Assembly (NCBI GenBank): GCA_001723845.1
Contig: MCBE01000110.1
Coordinates: 1-62,700 of the forward strand
Length of the DNA stretch: 62,700 nucleotides
From: Candidatus Altiarchaeales archaeon WOR_SM1_SCG
GTDB taxonomy: Archaea; Altiarchaeota; Altiarchaeia; IMC4; WOR-SM1-SCG
Direction of reading: 5' to 3'
A program made the translations under genes and the position numbers. Below are positions 49,290-59,817 of this stretch, in pieces; within the stretch, counting starts at the first letter, position 1; the number at the start of each line of letters is the position of its first letter. The notes beneath the pieces are model-generated. The model was not told the origin of the DNA. It was given only the letters and a program-made list of their open reading frames with translations, and searched no databases.

Positions 49290-50375
49290 ATGAGTAAAAT
49301 TCGTGTCGGAATAATTGGTGTCGGAAACTGCGCATCATCGCTTGTCCAGGGAGTTGAATACTACAAAGATATTGACGGGAATTCCCCGCTTGTCCCCGGG
49401 CTTATGCACAATGTCCTGGGAACTTATAAAATCTCTGATATTGAATTCGTGTCAGCGTTTGATGTTGATTCAAAAAAAGTCGGGAAAGATTTGTCTGAAG
49501 CAGTATTTGCAGAGCCGAACTGCACAATAAAATTTTCCGATGTCCCGAATTGGGATGTTGTCGTGCAAAAAGGACCTGTTCTTGACGGCGTCTGTGATAC
49601 GACAAAGGATAAATTTACGGTTGATCCGGGGCAAAAGCCGGTTGATGTCGTAAATGCTCTTAAGAAAACAAAGACAGAAGTTGTAATTAACTATGTTCCC
49701 GTGGGAAGCGAGAGTGCTGCAAGATACTATGCAAAGTGCTGCATTGATGCGGGGTGTGCTTTTATAAATGCAATGCCTGTATTTATCGCATCGGATGACG
49801 AATGGACTAAAAAATTTGAAGAGAAAAAACTCCCGATGATAGGGGATGATATTAAATCGCAGGTCGGGGCAACCATAGTTCACAGAATTTTAACAAAATT
49901 ATTTGTTGACCGCGGCGTTAAACTTGACCACACATACCAGTTAAATGTCGGCGGGAACACTGATTTTTTGAACATGCTTGAAAGAAGCAGGTTGAAAAGC
50001 AAGAAAATTTCAAAAACACAATCCGTGCAGTCGCAGCTTCCCACGCCAATGAATCCTGAAGACATTCACATCGGTCCGAGTGACTATGTTCCCTGGCTCA
50101 AGGACAAGAAATTGTGCTTTATAAGAATGCAGGGAAGAAAATTCGGTGATGTTCCAATAAACATTGAACTGCGGCTTGATGTTGAGGACTCTCCGAATTC
50201 AGCCGGCGTTATAATTGATGCCGTGCGGTGTGCAAAACTCGGGCTTGACCGGGGCATCGGCGGTGTTCTGACATCCCCGAGTTCCTACTTTATGAAGTCC
50301 CCCCCAATCCAGTACTCCGACCCTGCCGCAAAGCAGATGGTTGAAGAATTCATAGACGGTGAAAGAAAGAGGTGA
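49290..50375 (+). CDS. ino1: myo-inositol-1-phosphate synthase
   Basis: [44 protein letters not shown]. Confidence 0.97.
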   Translation: MSKIRVGIIGVGNCASSLVQGVEYYKDIDGNSPLVPGLMHNVLGTYKISDIEFVSAFDVDSKKVGKDLSEAVFAEPNCTIKFSDVPNWDVVVQKGPVLDGVCDTTKDKFTVDPGQKPVDVVNALKKTKTEVVINYVPVGSESAARYYAKCCIDAGCAFINAMPVFIASDDEWTKKFEEKKLPMIGDDIKSQVGATIVHRILTKLFVDRGVKLDHTYQLNVGGNTDFLNMLERSRLKSKKISKTQSVQSQLPTPMNPEDIHIGPSDYVPWLKDKKLCFIRMQGRKFGDVPINIELRLDVEDSPNSAGVIIDAVRCAKLGLDRGIGGVLTSPSSYFMKSPPIQYSDPAAKQMVEEFIDGERKR

Positions 50376-50435
50376 TGAAAATATAATTTAAAAATATAAA
50401 AACAAATTTAAATAAAATTATCCAAAATTCAAATA

Positions 50436-50891
50436 ATGAAAACGGACATTGTTTATTACAAGGATGCCAGTGACATGTCAGAAGTTGATGATAATTCAAT
50501 CCAATTAATTATAACCTCTCCACCATACTGGAATGTCAAGGACTATTCCATGGATGGTTACCAGAAAAACAATAATTCGGGAAAGATTGAAGGACAGATT
50601 GGGGATATTAATGATTATGAAGAATATTTAAACGCCATGACCGAGGTGTGGAATGAATGCGAGCGGGTTTTAAAACCAAACGGAAAATTATGCATTAATA
50701 CCCCCTTAATGCCTGTTCCAAAGAAACAATTAATCACACATTACAACCGGCATATTGTGAATATCAATTCCGGGATTGAATATGAGATTTTGCATAAAAC
50801 AAAACTGTTTCTTTACGACCTTTATATATGGAACAGAACAAATCCGAGTAAAGCATTGATGTTTGGACGTTGCTCGTATTCAATTAATTAA
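50436..50891 (+). pseudogene. Truncated beta-class amino-methyltransferase (N4-C/N6-A)
   Basis: IQLIITSPPYW and RVLKPNGKLCIN are present, but the ORF stops after LMFG with no SAM-binding FxGxG motif. Confidence 0.8.
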
Positions 50892-50910
50892 ATTAATTTA
50901 ATATTTAAAA

Positions 50911-51906
50911 ATGACAATCAGAAAAGACCAAAAAACAATAGATAGTATAAAGGAAAAAGTACTAAATAATATTCAAAGATTTGGTTTTACTGTAGAGCAA
51001 GACAAAAGGTTTGGTAAAACTATTTATTCCATTGACAATGGAAAAATATTTCTTGATCTTAGTTATGCGAGTTTGAATAAGAGAGGGGAATATTTCTTTG
51101 GTATAGAGCAGGAGCAGTTTGAAAAGTTATACGGAAAAAATAGAAGTTTTTTCCAGATTTTTATATGTGAAAACGAAAAACAGGTTTTCATTATTCCTTT
51201 ATCTTTTATGATGGAAATTTTAAAAGATTCAAAAGCAACTGGAGATGTGTTTAAACAATATAAACTCGTTATAAAAATGAAAAATGGTTCATATGTCTTA
51301 AGATTATTTGGACATTATGATATAACTGATTATCTGAATCGTTATGATTACCTGGCTACAGACGAAAAAGAATTGAGATTATTGGAAGGGTTGGACATAA
51401 AATATAATGCCGATATAAGAATACGCGGTGTAGATCAGGAATATAAAAACATAGCAAAGGAAGATGGTCTTCGTAAAGGAAGTATTCATGAAACTACAAT
51501 AGATATGCTTGCAAACATAGGGAATTGGTCGGGTTTTAAAGTTCTGACTGAAAGTAAACCAGTTGGTATGAGTGATTTTCCTTACCAACTTGATTGTTTG
51601 TGGTATAAAAACAATGATTTATATATGGCGATTGAAGTATGTGACAAAGGAAGTGTGGAAAAAGATAAAGATGCATTGAAACATGCTAAATCATTTGGGG
51701 CAAGAAAAGTTGTAATAGTTACTAATGTTAACCGTCTTGAAAGAATCAGAAAAATTTTTATGTTTAATGGGGAGATAAGATTTTGGACCGAAATATGGAG
51801 TTTTGATAGGATTTTCAAGATGTACGAATCCGGAAGGAAGTTTTTCGGCAGTTTTGATAAATTTAAAAATTATTCGTGGAATGAAAATGTAGTTGAATAC
51901 TTGTAA
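50911..51906 (+). CDS. Putative restriction endonuclease-like protein (C-terminal PD-(D/E)XK-like domain)
   Basis: HETTIDML...YQLDCLW...MAIEVCDKGS..KD...L pattern; follows an MTase fragment. Confidence 0.55.
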   Translation: MTIRKDQKTIDSIKEKVLNNIQRFGFTVEQDKRFGKTIYSIDNGKIFLDLSYASLNKRGEYFFGIEQEQFEKLYGKNRSFFQIFICENEKQVFIIPLSFMMEILKDSKATGDVFKQYKLVIKMKNGSYVLRLFGHYDITDYLNRYDYLATDEKELRLLEGLDIKYNADIRIRGVDQEYKNIAKEDGLRKGSIHETTIDMLANIGNWSGFKVLTESKPVGMSDFPYQLDCLWYKNNDLYMAIEVCDKGSVEKDKDALKHAKSFGARKVVIVTNVNRLERIRKIFMFNGEIRFWTEIWSFDRIFKMYESGRKFFGSFDKFKNYSWNENVVEYL

Positions 51907-51957
51907 TTCCATCATTTAAAATTAAAATAGATAACTCATAAAAACAATCAATTAAAC

Positions 51958-52308
51958 ATGGGAACAAGAGCATTAATTTTAAGGGAAGGCGAAAAATGGA
52001 TATATACTCACAGAGATGGAGGTCCAGGGGACATGGGAAGAACTTTGTGTATGATAAAAAATAAATCAAAAGTTGAGCAGTGGAAAACATTACATAAAAA
52101 ACATCAAATTGATTACGATTTTGAAAAAAATAAATTGGTGTTTGGAGAGGTAGAACCTGAATTCAAAGAAGGAATCCATAATGATTATTGTGATTATGTT
52201 TGGAATATGAAAAAAGAGGGGATATATTATCAAGAATGGGGAGGATTGTCAAGTGGGTATAAGGGAAAACAAGATGAAGAAAATTTTAATTGGGAAAAAT
52301 ATCATTAA
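51958..52308 (+). CDS. Hypothetical protein
   Basis: 116-aa ORF starting MGTRALI...YTHRDGGP. Confidence 0.6.
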   Translation: MGTRALILREGEKWIYTHRDGGPGDMGRTLCMIKNKSKVEQWKTLHKKHQIDYDFEKNKLVFGEVEPEFKEGIHNDYCDYVWNMKKEGIYYQEWGGLSSGYKGKQDEENFNWEKYH

Positions 52309-52363
52309 AAATATATGTTTTCAAAATATAACTAAAAATAAGAGGAACTAAAATTAATAAGAA

Positions 52364-52606
52364 ATGGCAAACAACACTCAACCAAAATATTCAGGATTAA
52401 TGAATCAAACCCTGCGTTATATGGGTTGGGTTAGGGATAACCTATCTAAACCACGGGATGTCAGAGGCATTATTGTCGGTAGAGAGGTTACGGAAAAATT
52501 AAAATACGCTAAAAAAGGCATGCAGCCAGCAGAGCATCTTATAAAATTAATTGAATTTGATGTTGATGTATCCGGGAGCATGTCTGTTGTTGGAGAAAGT
52601 AATTAA
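52364..52606 (+). pseudogene. C-terminal fragment of a NucS/DUF91-like nuclease
   Basis: QTLRYMGWVRDNL...VRGIIVG....KLKYA; the upstream D/ExK catalytic part is absent. Confidence 0.6.
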
Positions 52607-52663
52607 TTCAAAAAATATTATAATCAATTTCATAAATTTAATTTAAAATTAAAATACCAGAAG

Positions 52664-53266
52664 ATGTTAAAATCAACCTTCAATACCGAATACATAAGCA
52701 TTAAAATAGGAATAATTTTTTCAAAATCAGGAATTTCCCCGAATGCGTGGACTCTTCTTGCATTGATTCCCGCTTTTTTGGGGTTTTTGAGTTTATACTA
52801 TCACAATTTAATTTACGGCTTGATTTTCTTTATGATTTCAGGATTCATTGATGCAGTTGACGGTGCTGTTGCAAGGGTTACGGGAAGCGAGACAAACAAG
52901 GGGGCTTACCTTGACGGCATAATTGATCGGTATGTTGAAATTTTACTGTATACCGGGCTTTTAATTTACGGTTTGGATGAATTTTTGCTGCCGTCGTCAA
53001 TCTGGATTTCCGCGTTGATTTTCGGGACGGTCATGACATCATACTCAAGGGCTTATGCCGATCACAGGGGAATTGTTACAGAGCCGGAGGAGTTAAGAAA
53101 AATGGGTGGGATTTTAGAAAGATTCGAGCGGCTTATGCTGATTTTCATTGGAATGGCAGCCGGATACTTTGTTTTAATATACTTAACCTACGCTGTTGTA
53201 ATTACGGCGGTTCTTGCAAACATCACGGTACTCCAGAGGATTATGTTTGTTGCCTGTAAAAAATAA
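52664..53266 (+). CDS. CDP-alcohol phosphatidyltransferase (probable archaetidylinositol-phosphate synthase)
   Basis: ISPNAWT; DAVDGAVAR...GAYLDGIIDRYVE signature; near ino1. Confidence 0.9.
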   Translation: MLKSTFNTEYISIKIGIIFSKSGISPNAWTLLALIPAFLGFLSLYYHNLIYGLIFFMISGFIDAVDGAVARVTGSETNKGAYLDGIIDRYVEILLYTGLLIYGLDEFLLPSSIWISALIFGTVMTSYSRAYADHRGIVTEPEELRKMGGILERFERLMLIFIGMAAGYFVLIYLTYAVVITAVLANITVLQRIMFVACKK

Positions 53267-53294
53267 AATTTAAATTTAATTTATAAACTATGAT

Positions 53295-53924
53295 ATGGCA
53301 GTAAAATCAACAATGAGGGAAATTGCAGAAAGGATAAATAAGACAATTGATAAACTGAGTGATTCCGAGATAGAAGCGATGATAACTAAAATTAAAGTCA
53401 AAGGTAAAAACAACAAAATCTTTGTTATGGGCGTCGGAAGGTCAGGTCTTGTTGCAAGGATGTTTACAATGCGCCTTGTCCACCTGGGGCTGACGGCGTA
53501 TGTTATCGGCGAGATTGTTACTCCTGCTATGACAAAAAATGATTTGCTTATTACGGTTTCCGGTTCAGGCGGTACAAAATCGGTTGTGAGTGCGGCAAAA
53601 ACAGCAGGTGAAATCGGGACGGAAGTTTTGTCCATAACCTCGCACCCCGAGTCGGAATTAGGTAAAATTTCAAATATTATTGTTAATTTAAAGGTGAAAA
53701 GAGGGGCAAAGATTGACACGAAAAAGGACTATTTCACAAACCAGATTAAAGGCAGGCACATATCACAGCAGTATTCGGAAGAAGAACTCATCCCTCTCGG
53801 GACATTATTTGAGGATACCGCGATGATATTTTTTGACGGGGTTATCGCACGGCTTATGGTTGAATTGAAACAGAGAAATGAAGATTTGAAAGGCAGGCAT
53901 GCAACGCTTGAATGGTTTGCATGA
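53295..53924 (+). CDS. hxlB: 6-phospho-3-hexuloisomerase (SIS domain)
   Basis: MGVGRSGLVARMFTMRLVHLG, SGSGGT, PLGTLFED, RHATLE. Confidence 0.9.
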   Translation: MAVKSTMREIAERINKTIDKLSDSEIEAMITKIKVKGKNNKIFVMGVGRSGLVARMFTMRLVHLGLTAYVIGEIVTPAMTKNDLLITVSGSGGTKSVVSAAKTAGEIGTEVLSITSHPESELGKISNIIVNLKVKRGAKIDTKKDYFTNQIKGRHISQQYSEEELIPLGTLFEDTAMIFFDGVIARLMVELKQRNEDLKGRHATLEWFA

Positions 53925-54039
53925 TGATAAATTTTTATAAAATTTTTTAGGTGACTTGAAATGAAATCGTAATTAAATTACAATTTAATTGCCAACCTGA
54001 TGATGAGATTAATAATCCCGAACCTAATCCAGAACCACC

Positions 54040-56646
54040 TTACCCATTAACAATCTCAATCAAAACCCCCCCGTACTTCTCAAGCTTCGCCTCTCCCACA
54101 CCGTAAATCTCCTTCAACTCCTCTTTTGTCCCCGGCTTCTTTCGCGCAACCTCTCTGAGTGTTTTATCCTGGAAAATACGGTACGGTGGAACATTATTCC
54201 TGTCTGCGAGTTTTCTTCTCCACATCCTTAATTTTTCAAACAATTCAGTTTCCCCTGGAGTTAGCATATCTTCTGCTTCTTCATGCGGCGTCTTTTGTTT
54301 TTGCTCTTTCTCCTGATATTCTTTAATTTGAGATAATGTATCAACTTTAATCTCCTCTTTCTTCAGTATCGCAAGCCCCCCCGTTCGTGAAACCTTAACC
54401 GTCGGGTACATAAATTCCCCTGCTCTTTCAAGATAGTCCTTCTGAAGGAGTTCGTCAATGACCGCTGCAATATCCGCGGCTGTGAAATTACCAAGGACAC
54501 CGTAATTTTTACTTTCATTATAGCCGCCTTCTCCAATGAATTTCGCGTTTGAGCCGGTCAGAATACCTGCGATTTTATGCACACCTAATCGTTCGTTGAA
54601 TTCATAGACGCATTCAAGAACCGCTAAGGGAATTAAATTTTTATCTTCAATTTTCTCAATCACAGGCATTGAGTTTATCTTCACTTCCTCAACCTTTATT
54701 CTCTCAAAACTTTTTTTCACTTTCTCCTCCCTGATTTTATTTTCCGCTTCTTGAAGTGCTTTCACGACAAAATCCTTTTTGAAGAATTCACTGCAAATTT
54801 TCTCTGCTTCATCCGTAATCTCAATGTCGTAGTCCGGCGGAAGACACTTTCTGTATTTCGGGTAAGCAAACCGCGCATCCATTAGAATAACGGCTCCCAC
54901 ATCGTTTTCGCTCCTGATGCCGCGCCCTGCCGCCTGCATTACCTTGCTTATCGCAGGATAGATGTAACCGTAGAGTATGCCTTTCTCCTGTCCGAATTTA
55001 TTAATGTAGTAGTCCCTCTGGTTTTTAACTTCAAGAGTCGGCGGGCTTAAAGGAAGACCTGCGATAATTACCGCGCGAAGAATATTATTTTTATAATCAA
55101 TACCCTCGGAGAGTGAGCCTGCCTGCACACCGAACAAAATTTTATTGGAATTAATTTTTAATTTATTGAATAATTTATTTTTAGCGGCTTTACTCATCCG
55201 CCTTTCCTCAAGAATGATGTCCTCTGATTTATCCTCTATTTTCGCATCGGAATTGTATTGAAATTTACGGTAAACATCATCCATCAACGAATACGACGGG
55301 AAAAAAACAGCAGCATTACCGCCGACTGCATCATGTATCTGTGAAATCTTTTTCGCCATCTCATTATACATCGAATCACTTCGCATGGAGTAAAGCGTCG
55401 TTAATCTTTTTGTTATTAACACAAGCTTGTTCTCGGAAGGAAAAGGCGACTTATACTGCTTTAGAAGCGCGTTTTTAGCACCCAATATATCTGCGTACAT
55501 TTCAACCGGGTAGAGGGTGCCTGACATCATAACAGCGGTATGAGCGCCCGAAATTATTTTTTCGCTTAAAACCGAAGGGTCAAGAAGCCGAAATGAAAGA
55601 ACAGGATTTACTTCATTCCTGTAAACCCGCGAGCAGGGAAGATTCGTATTCCATCCTTCAAGAAACTCGATGATTGATGTTAAAGGAGATTTCTCTTTTT
55701 TCTCGTGCTGCTCTTTTTCAGCGATTTCAACTTCAATTGCCTTTAATGATTCAACAAATTCCATGTAGCTAAGCCCCCCGCCTAAAACTTCCTGGAGTGC
55801 TTGCTCAATTCCTTGAGTGATTTCCTCGCGTGAAATATTTAATTCCGTATTTCCTGGTTGTGTTTCAATAAACCTGTCAAAAAACCTGCCGACGTCCCTG
55901 ATATGCCTGTGAAGCTTCTTGTCAAGCGGGCTTATTTCCTTTGCCGCCTCATCAATCAAGTTAAGTGTAAGCTCTCCTGAAAGATGGTCTCTTATCCTGT
56001 CCGGGAGGTTATGTGCTTCGTCAATAATTAAAATTAAATCATCCATTGGTTTCCCTGTTTTCTCAAGAACGGTTTCAAGAATATCCGTGAAAACATAATT
56101 ATAATCGCAGACAACAACGTCTGCTTCCGCCATCGCGTCAACCGCCGTCTTATGAGGGCATAAAACATTTTCCGCGCATAAGTCCTTAAGTTCCTCAACA
56201 TGCAAAATATTATTTAAAATCTGGTTTGTCACAGTCTTATCGCTCCTGAAATACCTGCATTTGCGGGTTTTCTGTTCGTGGATGCACATTTCATTAAAGA
56301 CTGCGTAATACTCTCTTGCAATGTCGCGGGGACACATCGCCTGCTTGGAGATTATGTCAACAACAGAAAAATTAATTTGAGATTTATTTTTATCAATTTT
56401 ATCTTTAATAAGCCGCAGGGTGTCAATAACGATTCTATGCTGGGACTGCTTTGATGTGAGAAAGAAAATAATTTTATTGTTATTCAGGGCATACTCAAGG
56501 CAGGGTGCGAGTGCGGCTGCGGTTTTCCCGATGCCGGTTGGGGCATGGGCTATTAAAGAGTTTCCGGTTTCAAGGACTGTTTCGATGTCCTTTATTAGTT
56601 CTTTTTGTCCGTCACGGATTTGGGGGAAGGGAAATAAGGAGGTCAT
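54040..56646 (-). CDS. Rad3/XPD-type Fe-S DNA helicase fused to RQC and HRDC domains
   Basis: APTGIGKT, Fe-S Cys cluster region, IIDEAHNL, SGTL, EGID, QAAGRGIR; then an RQC-like segment (GVHKIAGILTGS...YGVL...YPTVKV) and HRDC (LRMWRRKLADRNNVPPYRIFQDKTL...GVGEAKLEKYG). Confidence 0.9.
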   Translation of the reverse strand: MTSLFPFPQIRDGQKELIKDIETVLETGNSLIAHAPTGIGKTAAALAPCLEYALNNNKIIFFLTSKQSQHRIVIDTLRLIKDKIDKNKSQINFSVVDIISKQAMCPRDIAREYYAVFNEMCIHEQKTRKCRYFRSDKTVTNQILNNILHVEELKDLCAENVLCPHKTAVDAMAEADVVVCDYNYVFTDILETVLEKTGKPMDDLILIIDEAHNLPDRIRDHLSGELTLNLIDEAAKEISPLDKKLHRHIRDVGRFFDRFIETQPGNTELNISREEITQGIEQALQEVLGGGLSYMEFVESLKAIEVEIAEKEQHEKKEKSPLTSIIEFLEGWNTNLPCSRVYRNEVNPVLSFRLLDPSVLSEKIISGAHTAVMMSGTLYPVEMYADILGAKNALLKQYKSPFPSENKLVLITKRLTTLYSMRSDSMYNEMAKKISQIHDAVGGNAAVFFPSYSLMDDVYRKFQYNSDAKIEDKSEDIILEERRMSKAAKNKLFNKLKINSNKILFGVQAGSLSEGIDYKNNILRAVIIAGLPLSPPTLEVKNQRDYYINKFGQEKGILYGYIYPAISKVMQAAGRGIRSENDVGAVILMDARFAYPKYRKCLPPDYDIEITDEAEKICSEFFKKDFVVKALQEAENKIREEKVKKSFERIKVEEVKINSMPVIEKIEDKNLIPLAVLECVYEFNERLGVHKIAGILTGSNAKFIGEGGYNESKNYGVLGNFTAADIAAVIDELLQKDYLERAGEFMYPTVKVSRTGGLAILKKEEIKVDTLSQIKEYQEKEQKQKTPHEEAEDMLTPGETELFEKLRMWRRKLADRNNVPPYRIFQDKTLREVARKKPGTKEELKEIYGVGEAKLEKYGGVLIEIVNG

Positions 56647-56740
56647 TGTTAAATTAAATTAAAATTTATGGGGGATAATTGGGCGACTGGGTAAGATGTG
56701 ACATTAACATTTCATTCAAACATTCTTCCTCTGGTTAACT

Positions 56741-57496
56741 TTACTCAGATAAAACACATATTATTACTTTCATCTCTCCACTATTAGTGTTTAGCTTTGA
56801 ATTAAAAACTAAATTATTATGTTCTGTGGTGAGACGTATAGTGATATTTTCATTAGCATCAATCTTTTTAAGTAATTTTAATATAGTTTCGTGGTAAAAC
56901 GTGGTTTTATTAATATCGTTTGCTTTTGATGAAACTATATTTAAATAGGACTCTGCTTCTCCCATTACTGTTTGTCCCATGAGATATAATTTATTTTTTT
57001 CAGACCAGCATGTGGTTTTTTTAGAAAAAATAGATATTCTATTAAAACTATCCTGTAACTCTTTATTTTTTACTATAAGTTCCACATCATCTCTGATTTT
57101 TATATCTTTCCACATATATTCCGAATCGCGTAAGTCAAGAAGTCCAACAGAAAACTCGGCTTTTTTATATAACTTATCCTCAGAATCGGATTTTTCCAAA
57201 AAAATTATCTTAAGTTTTGAATCGTATTCAATTAGTATTTTTTCAGAGTTCCAACTATCAGATATTTTTTTCAAAGTATCTACATTAACTTTTAAGTGTT
57301 CTTCATCATTTGATAATTTATAATCTTCTAAAAATTTTGAGTATATTTTAAGGTTTAAAAAAAGATTCTGGTCTTTAACAGCGTTTGTGCAAATACCCTC
57401 CAGTGTAAATGAAAGAATCGCATCTTCAACTCCTGCCTCATGCAGTATTTCCATGAAGTGTTTAAATACACCCCCCTCTATACAGAATTTGAACAT
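56741..57496 (-). CDS. Divergent PCNA (sliding clamp)-like protein
   Basis: 251 aa with a PCNA-like pattern: MFK....VEDAILSFTLEGI..., FLEDY....E.LKVNVDTLKKI, FSVGLLD, NITIRL. The C-terminal LAPR motif is absent. Confidence 0.65.
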   Translation of the reverse strand: MFKFCIEGGVFKHFMEILHEAGVEDAILSFTLEGICTNAVKDQNLFLNLKIYSKFLEDYKLSNDEEHLKVNVDTLKKISDSWNSEKILIEYDSKLKIIFLEKSDSEDKLYKKAEFSVGLLDLRDSEYMWKDIKIRDDVELIVKNKELQDSFNRISIFSKKTTCWSEKNKLYLMGQTVMGEAESYLNIVSSKANDINKTTFYHETILKLLKKIDANENITIRLTTEHNNLVFNSKLNTNSGEMKVIICVLSE

Positions 57497-57499
57497 TTT

Positions 57500-58393
57500 T
57501 TAACTTTTAATTTTAAATTTTTGCTTTAGATTATCAATAAGAGGACTTATATAATTGTAAGCTAAATTTGGGATATCTTTTTTCCATTTGTAATAATTTC
57601 TCTCTTCAGCTTCTTCTAAAAATCCTGTGGAAATTCCCTGTTTTAAAACATTCTTCCATTTTTTCAGTCTTTCGTCGCGTGTTAAATGACCTAAAATAGG
57701 GTGGTATTCATAAAATTTAGTAGCTACAAAGTCAATGTCCTCAACATTAAATCTATTAATCCTCTCTGAAACACACCAATCAATTAATCTCTCTAATACA
57801 ACATAACTTATTATTTTCAGATTTGTGTGGCGAGTATAGAACAATGGTTTCAGTGGATGAGGGGGTAACGAGATGCCTGCACTTAATTTATCCTGTAATT
57901 CTTTATGTGAATGCGATCCTTCAATTAATTGAAGGATTTTAGGAGACATATTATCCTTAATTATCCATAATAGAATATTATTCTGATCACTTGAACTTTT
58001 TAAATCTGTTTCATAGTGTTGATAGTTTTCAAAATCAGTGGCTGCAACGGTCTCTATATTCTGAATGCCCGATACTGAAAATATCTCTTGTATTGATTCC
58101 TGTGAAATATTTTTGTATTTACCAATTTTTTCAACTAATTTATTTATGTCTATTCCAATTTCTTGAAAATCTATTCCATCAATTGGGCTTTTTCCATCTA
58201 AAATTATGATAACTGATTCTCCTTTATTAATTGAAATCAGGTCGGGGGTACATTCTTTGCCACCATTAAGGCATATTTTTGGGTCTGGAATGCAATCATA
58301 TTTTAATTCATATCGTATTCTGTCCAAAAAGGCATTATACACCCAGGTTACAATGTTTGAATGCCGGTCGTATGGATAAAGTGGATGACTCAT
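57500..58393 (-). CDS. PD-(D/E)XK-like nuclease domain with a possible C-terminal wHTH
   Basis: TPDLISI...IIILDGKS; C-terminal WKNVLKQGISTGFLEE...YYKW. Confidence 0.5.
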   Translation of the reverse strand: MSHPLYPYDRHSNIVTWVYNAFLDRIRYELKYDCIPDPKICLNGGKECTPDLISINKGESVIIILDGKSPIDGIDFQEIGIDINKLVEKIGKYKNISQESIQEIFSVSGIQNIETVAATDFENYQHYETDLKSSSDQNNILLWIIKDNMSPKILQLIEGSHSHKELQDKLSAGISLPPHPLKPLFYTRHTNLKIISYVVLERLIDWCVSERINRFNVEDIDFVATKFYEYHPILGHLTRDERLKKWKNVLKQGISTGFLEEAEERNYYKWKKDIPNLAYNYISPLIDNLKQKFKIKS

Positions 58394-58394
58394 T

Positions 58395-59567
58395 TTACTT
58401 TAAATTGTGGGAACTCCCCCATTTTACACGTTCTTTTATTATGCGATAAATATGGATTAAAGATAGTGGTGATGCTTTTACTGGATCGATTTTTAGTTTA
58501 CTTTCCTCTTTCGATCCATTGAAAACTAAAATCAGTTCACTTCCGTCTTTTGGATAAAATATTTTACTCATGAAAGATGATTCATTTTTAGTTATTATAT
58601 AACCGTATGTTCCAATTGCTTTTTGTCCATAGTTGAACATTGTTTCAACAAGCAGCGGGTTTATTCTATTATCCTCTTCATGAGGTATGGTGATTGTATA
58701 ATCTTCAAATTTTTCGGGGAATGTGATATCAATGCACCCTTCATCATCCTCTTCCCGTTTTATTCCAGATAAAACTTTTTTGAATGGCTTAATTTTTTCT
58801 ACTGAAATTCCACTCACATCATTATAAATCTTTTCAGTGGCTTCTAAATTGCCTCTTTTATGTTCGATAACAAAATCTTCATTTAAAGACAATTCTGATT
58901 CTCAGGGATTTTCAAAAGAAACTTTAAACTCTGTTTTTATAGTCTCTGTTATTCCTCTTTCTCTAAAAACTTTATTAAAAACTTCATCAAAACGATATTT
59001 AGGTGCTTTTATACTGACTGAAATTTCTCCTGGCTCAAAAAGTTGCCTTTGACTTTCTTGCATTTCATCATATATCCTTTTTGGTATTTTCGCACCCTTT
59101 GGTATGTAAAATGGATCAAATTCCATTGATCTGCGAACATTCTGGTAGTCCTTTACATATTTTTCAACTATGCCATCTAAGTCATTAGGTTCAAGCCATG
59201 CGGGTTCTAAACCAAAAATATCATTTTTTAAAATGTTCGCAAAAATGTTTCTTATATTTTTAGGCACATCTACAATAAAAGTCCATCTATCTTCCTGGCA
59301 AAATATGTGAATATCGTTACTTTCACCACTTTTTAAATCCATAGTCAATGTCCATATATCCTTATTGATTTTATTTAAATTTTTTTCGTTTATGTCTTTA
59401 GAAACTAAATATCTTTTTTTGAAATTGTTTAGTTTGCGAACATCCCTATTCAAGTAATTTAATAAATCTTCTGGTGTCTTAAGCACTGAATAGTAAGACG
59501 CTATTGAGAAGGATTTTGATTCATCTTCTGATACCATATCAAATATTTTTGACTCCACATTCACCAT
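58395..59567 (-). pseudogene. ~390-codon unknown gene interrupted by one in-frame TGA (track ORFs 58902..59567 + 58395..58892)
   Basis: The frame reads ...KVSFENP-TGA-ESELSLNEDFV..., and the second ORF has only a TTG start. Confidence 0.65.
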
Positions 59568-59817
59568 TTTATAGTATTTGAATATTTTAAGTATTTAGAT
59601 ATTTATATTTATTCTTTAAATTTGAACTTATATTACTTGTCTCAAAAATTAAACTAAAATTTTCAGTGCGGAATAGTGAGACATTTGATTTTTTGTCATG
59701 TCCCATAATTCCTCGCTTCGCACTCGTCGGGGGCGTTGCCCGACAATTAAATTAAAATTCAGTTGAAATATTAGACAGAAAAATTAATTTACAAGATATA
59801 AAAAATAACGGCTTTAA

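Noticed and set aside
58902..58904. Selenocysteine recoding of the TGA
   Set aside because: There is no redox-motif context and no evident SECIS-like hairpin. A nonsense mutation or sequencing error is simpler.
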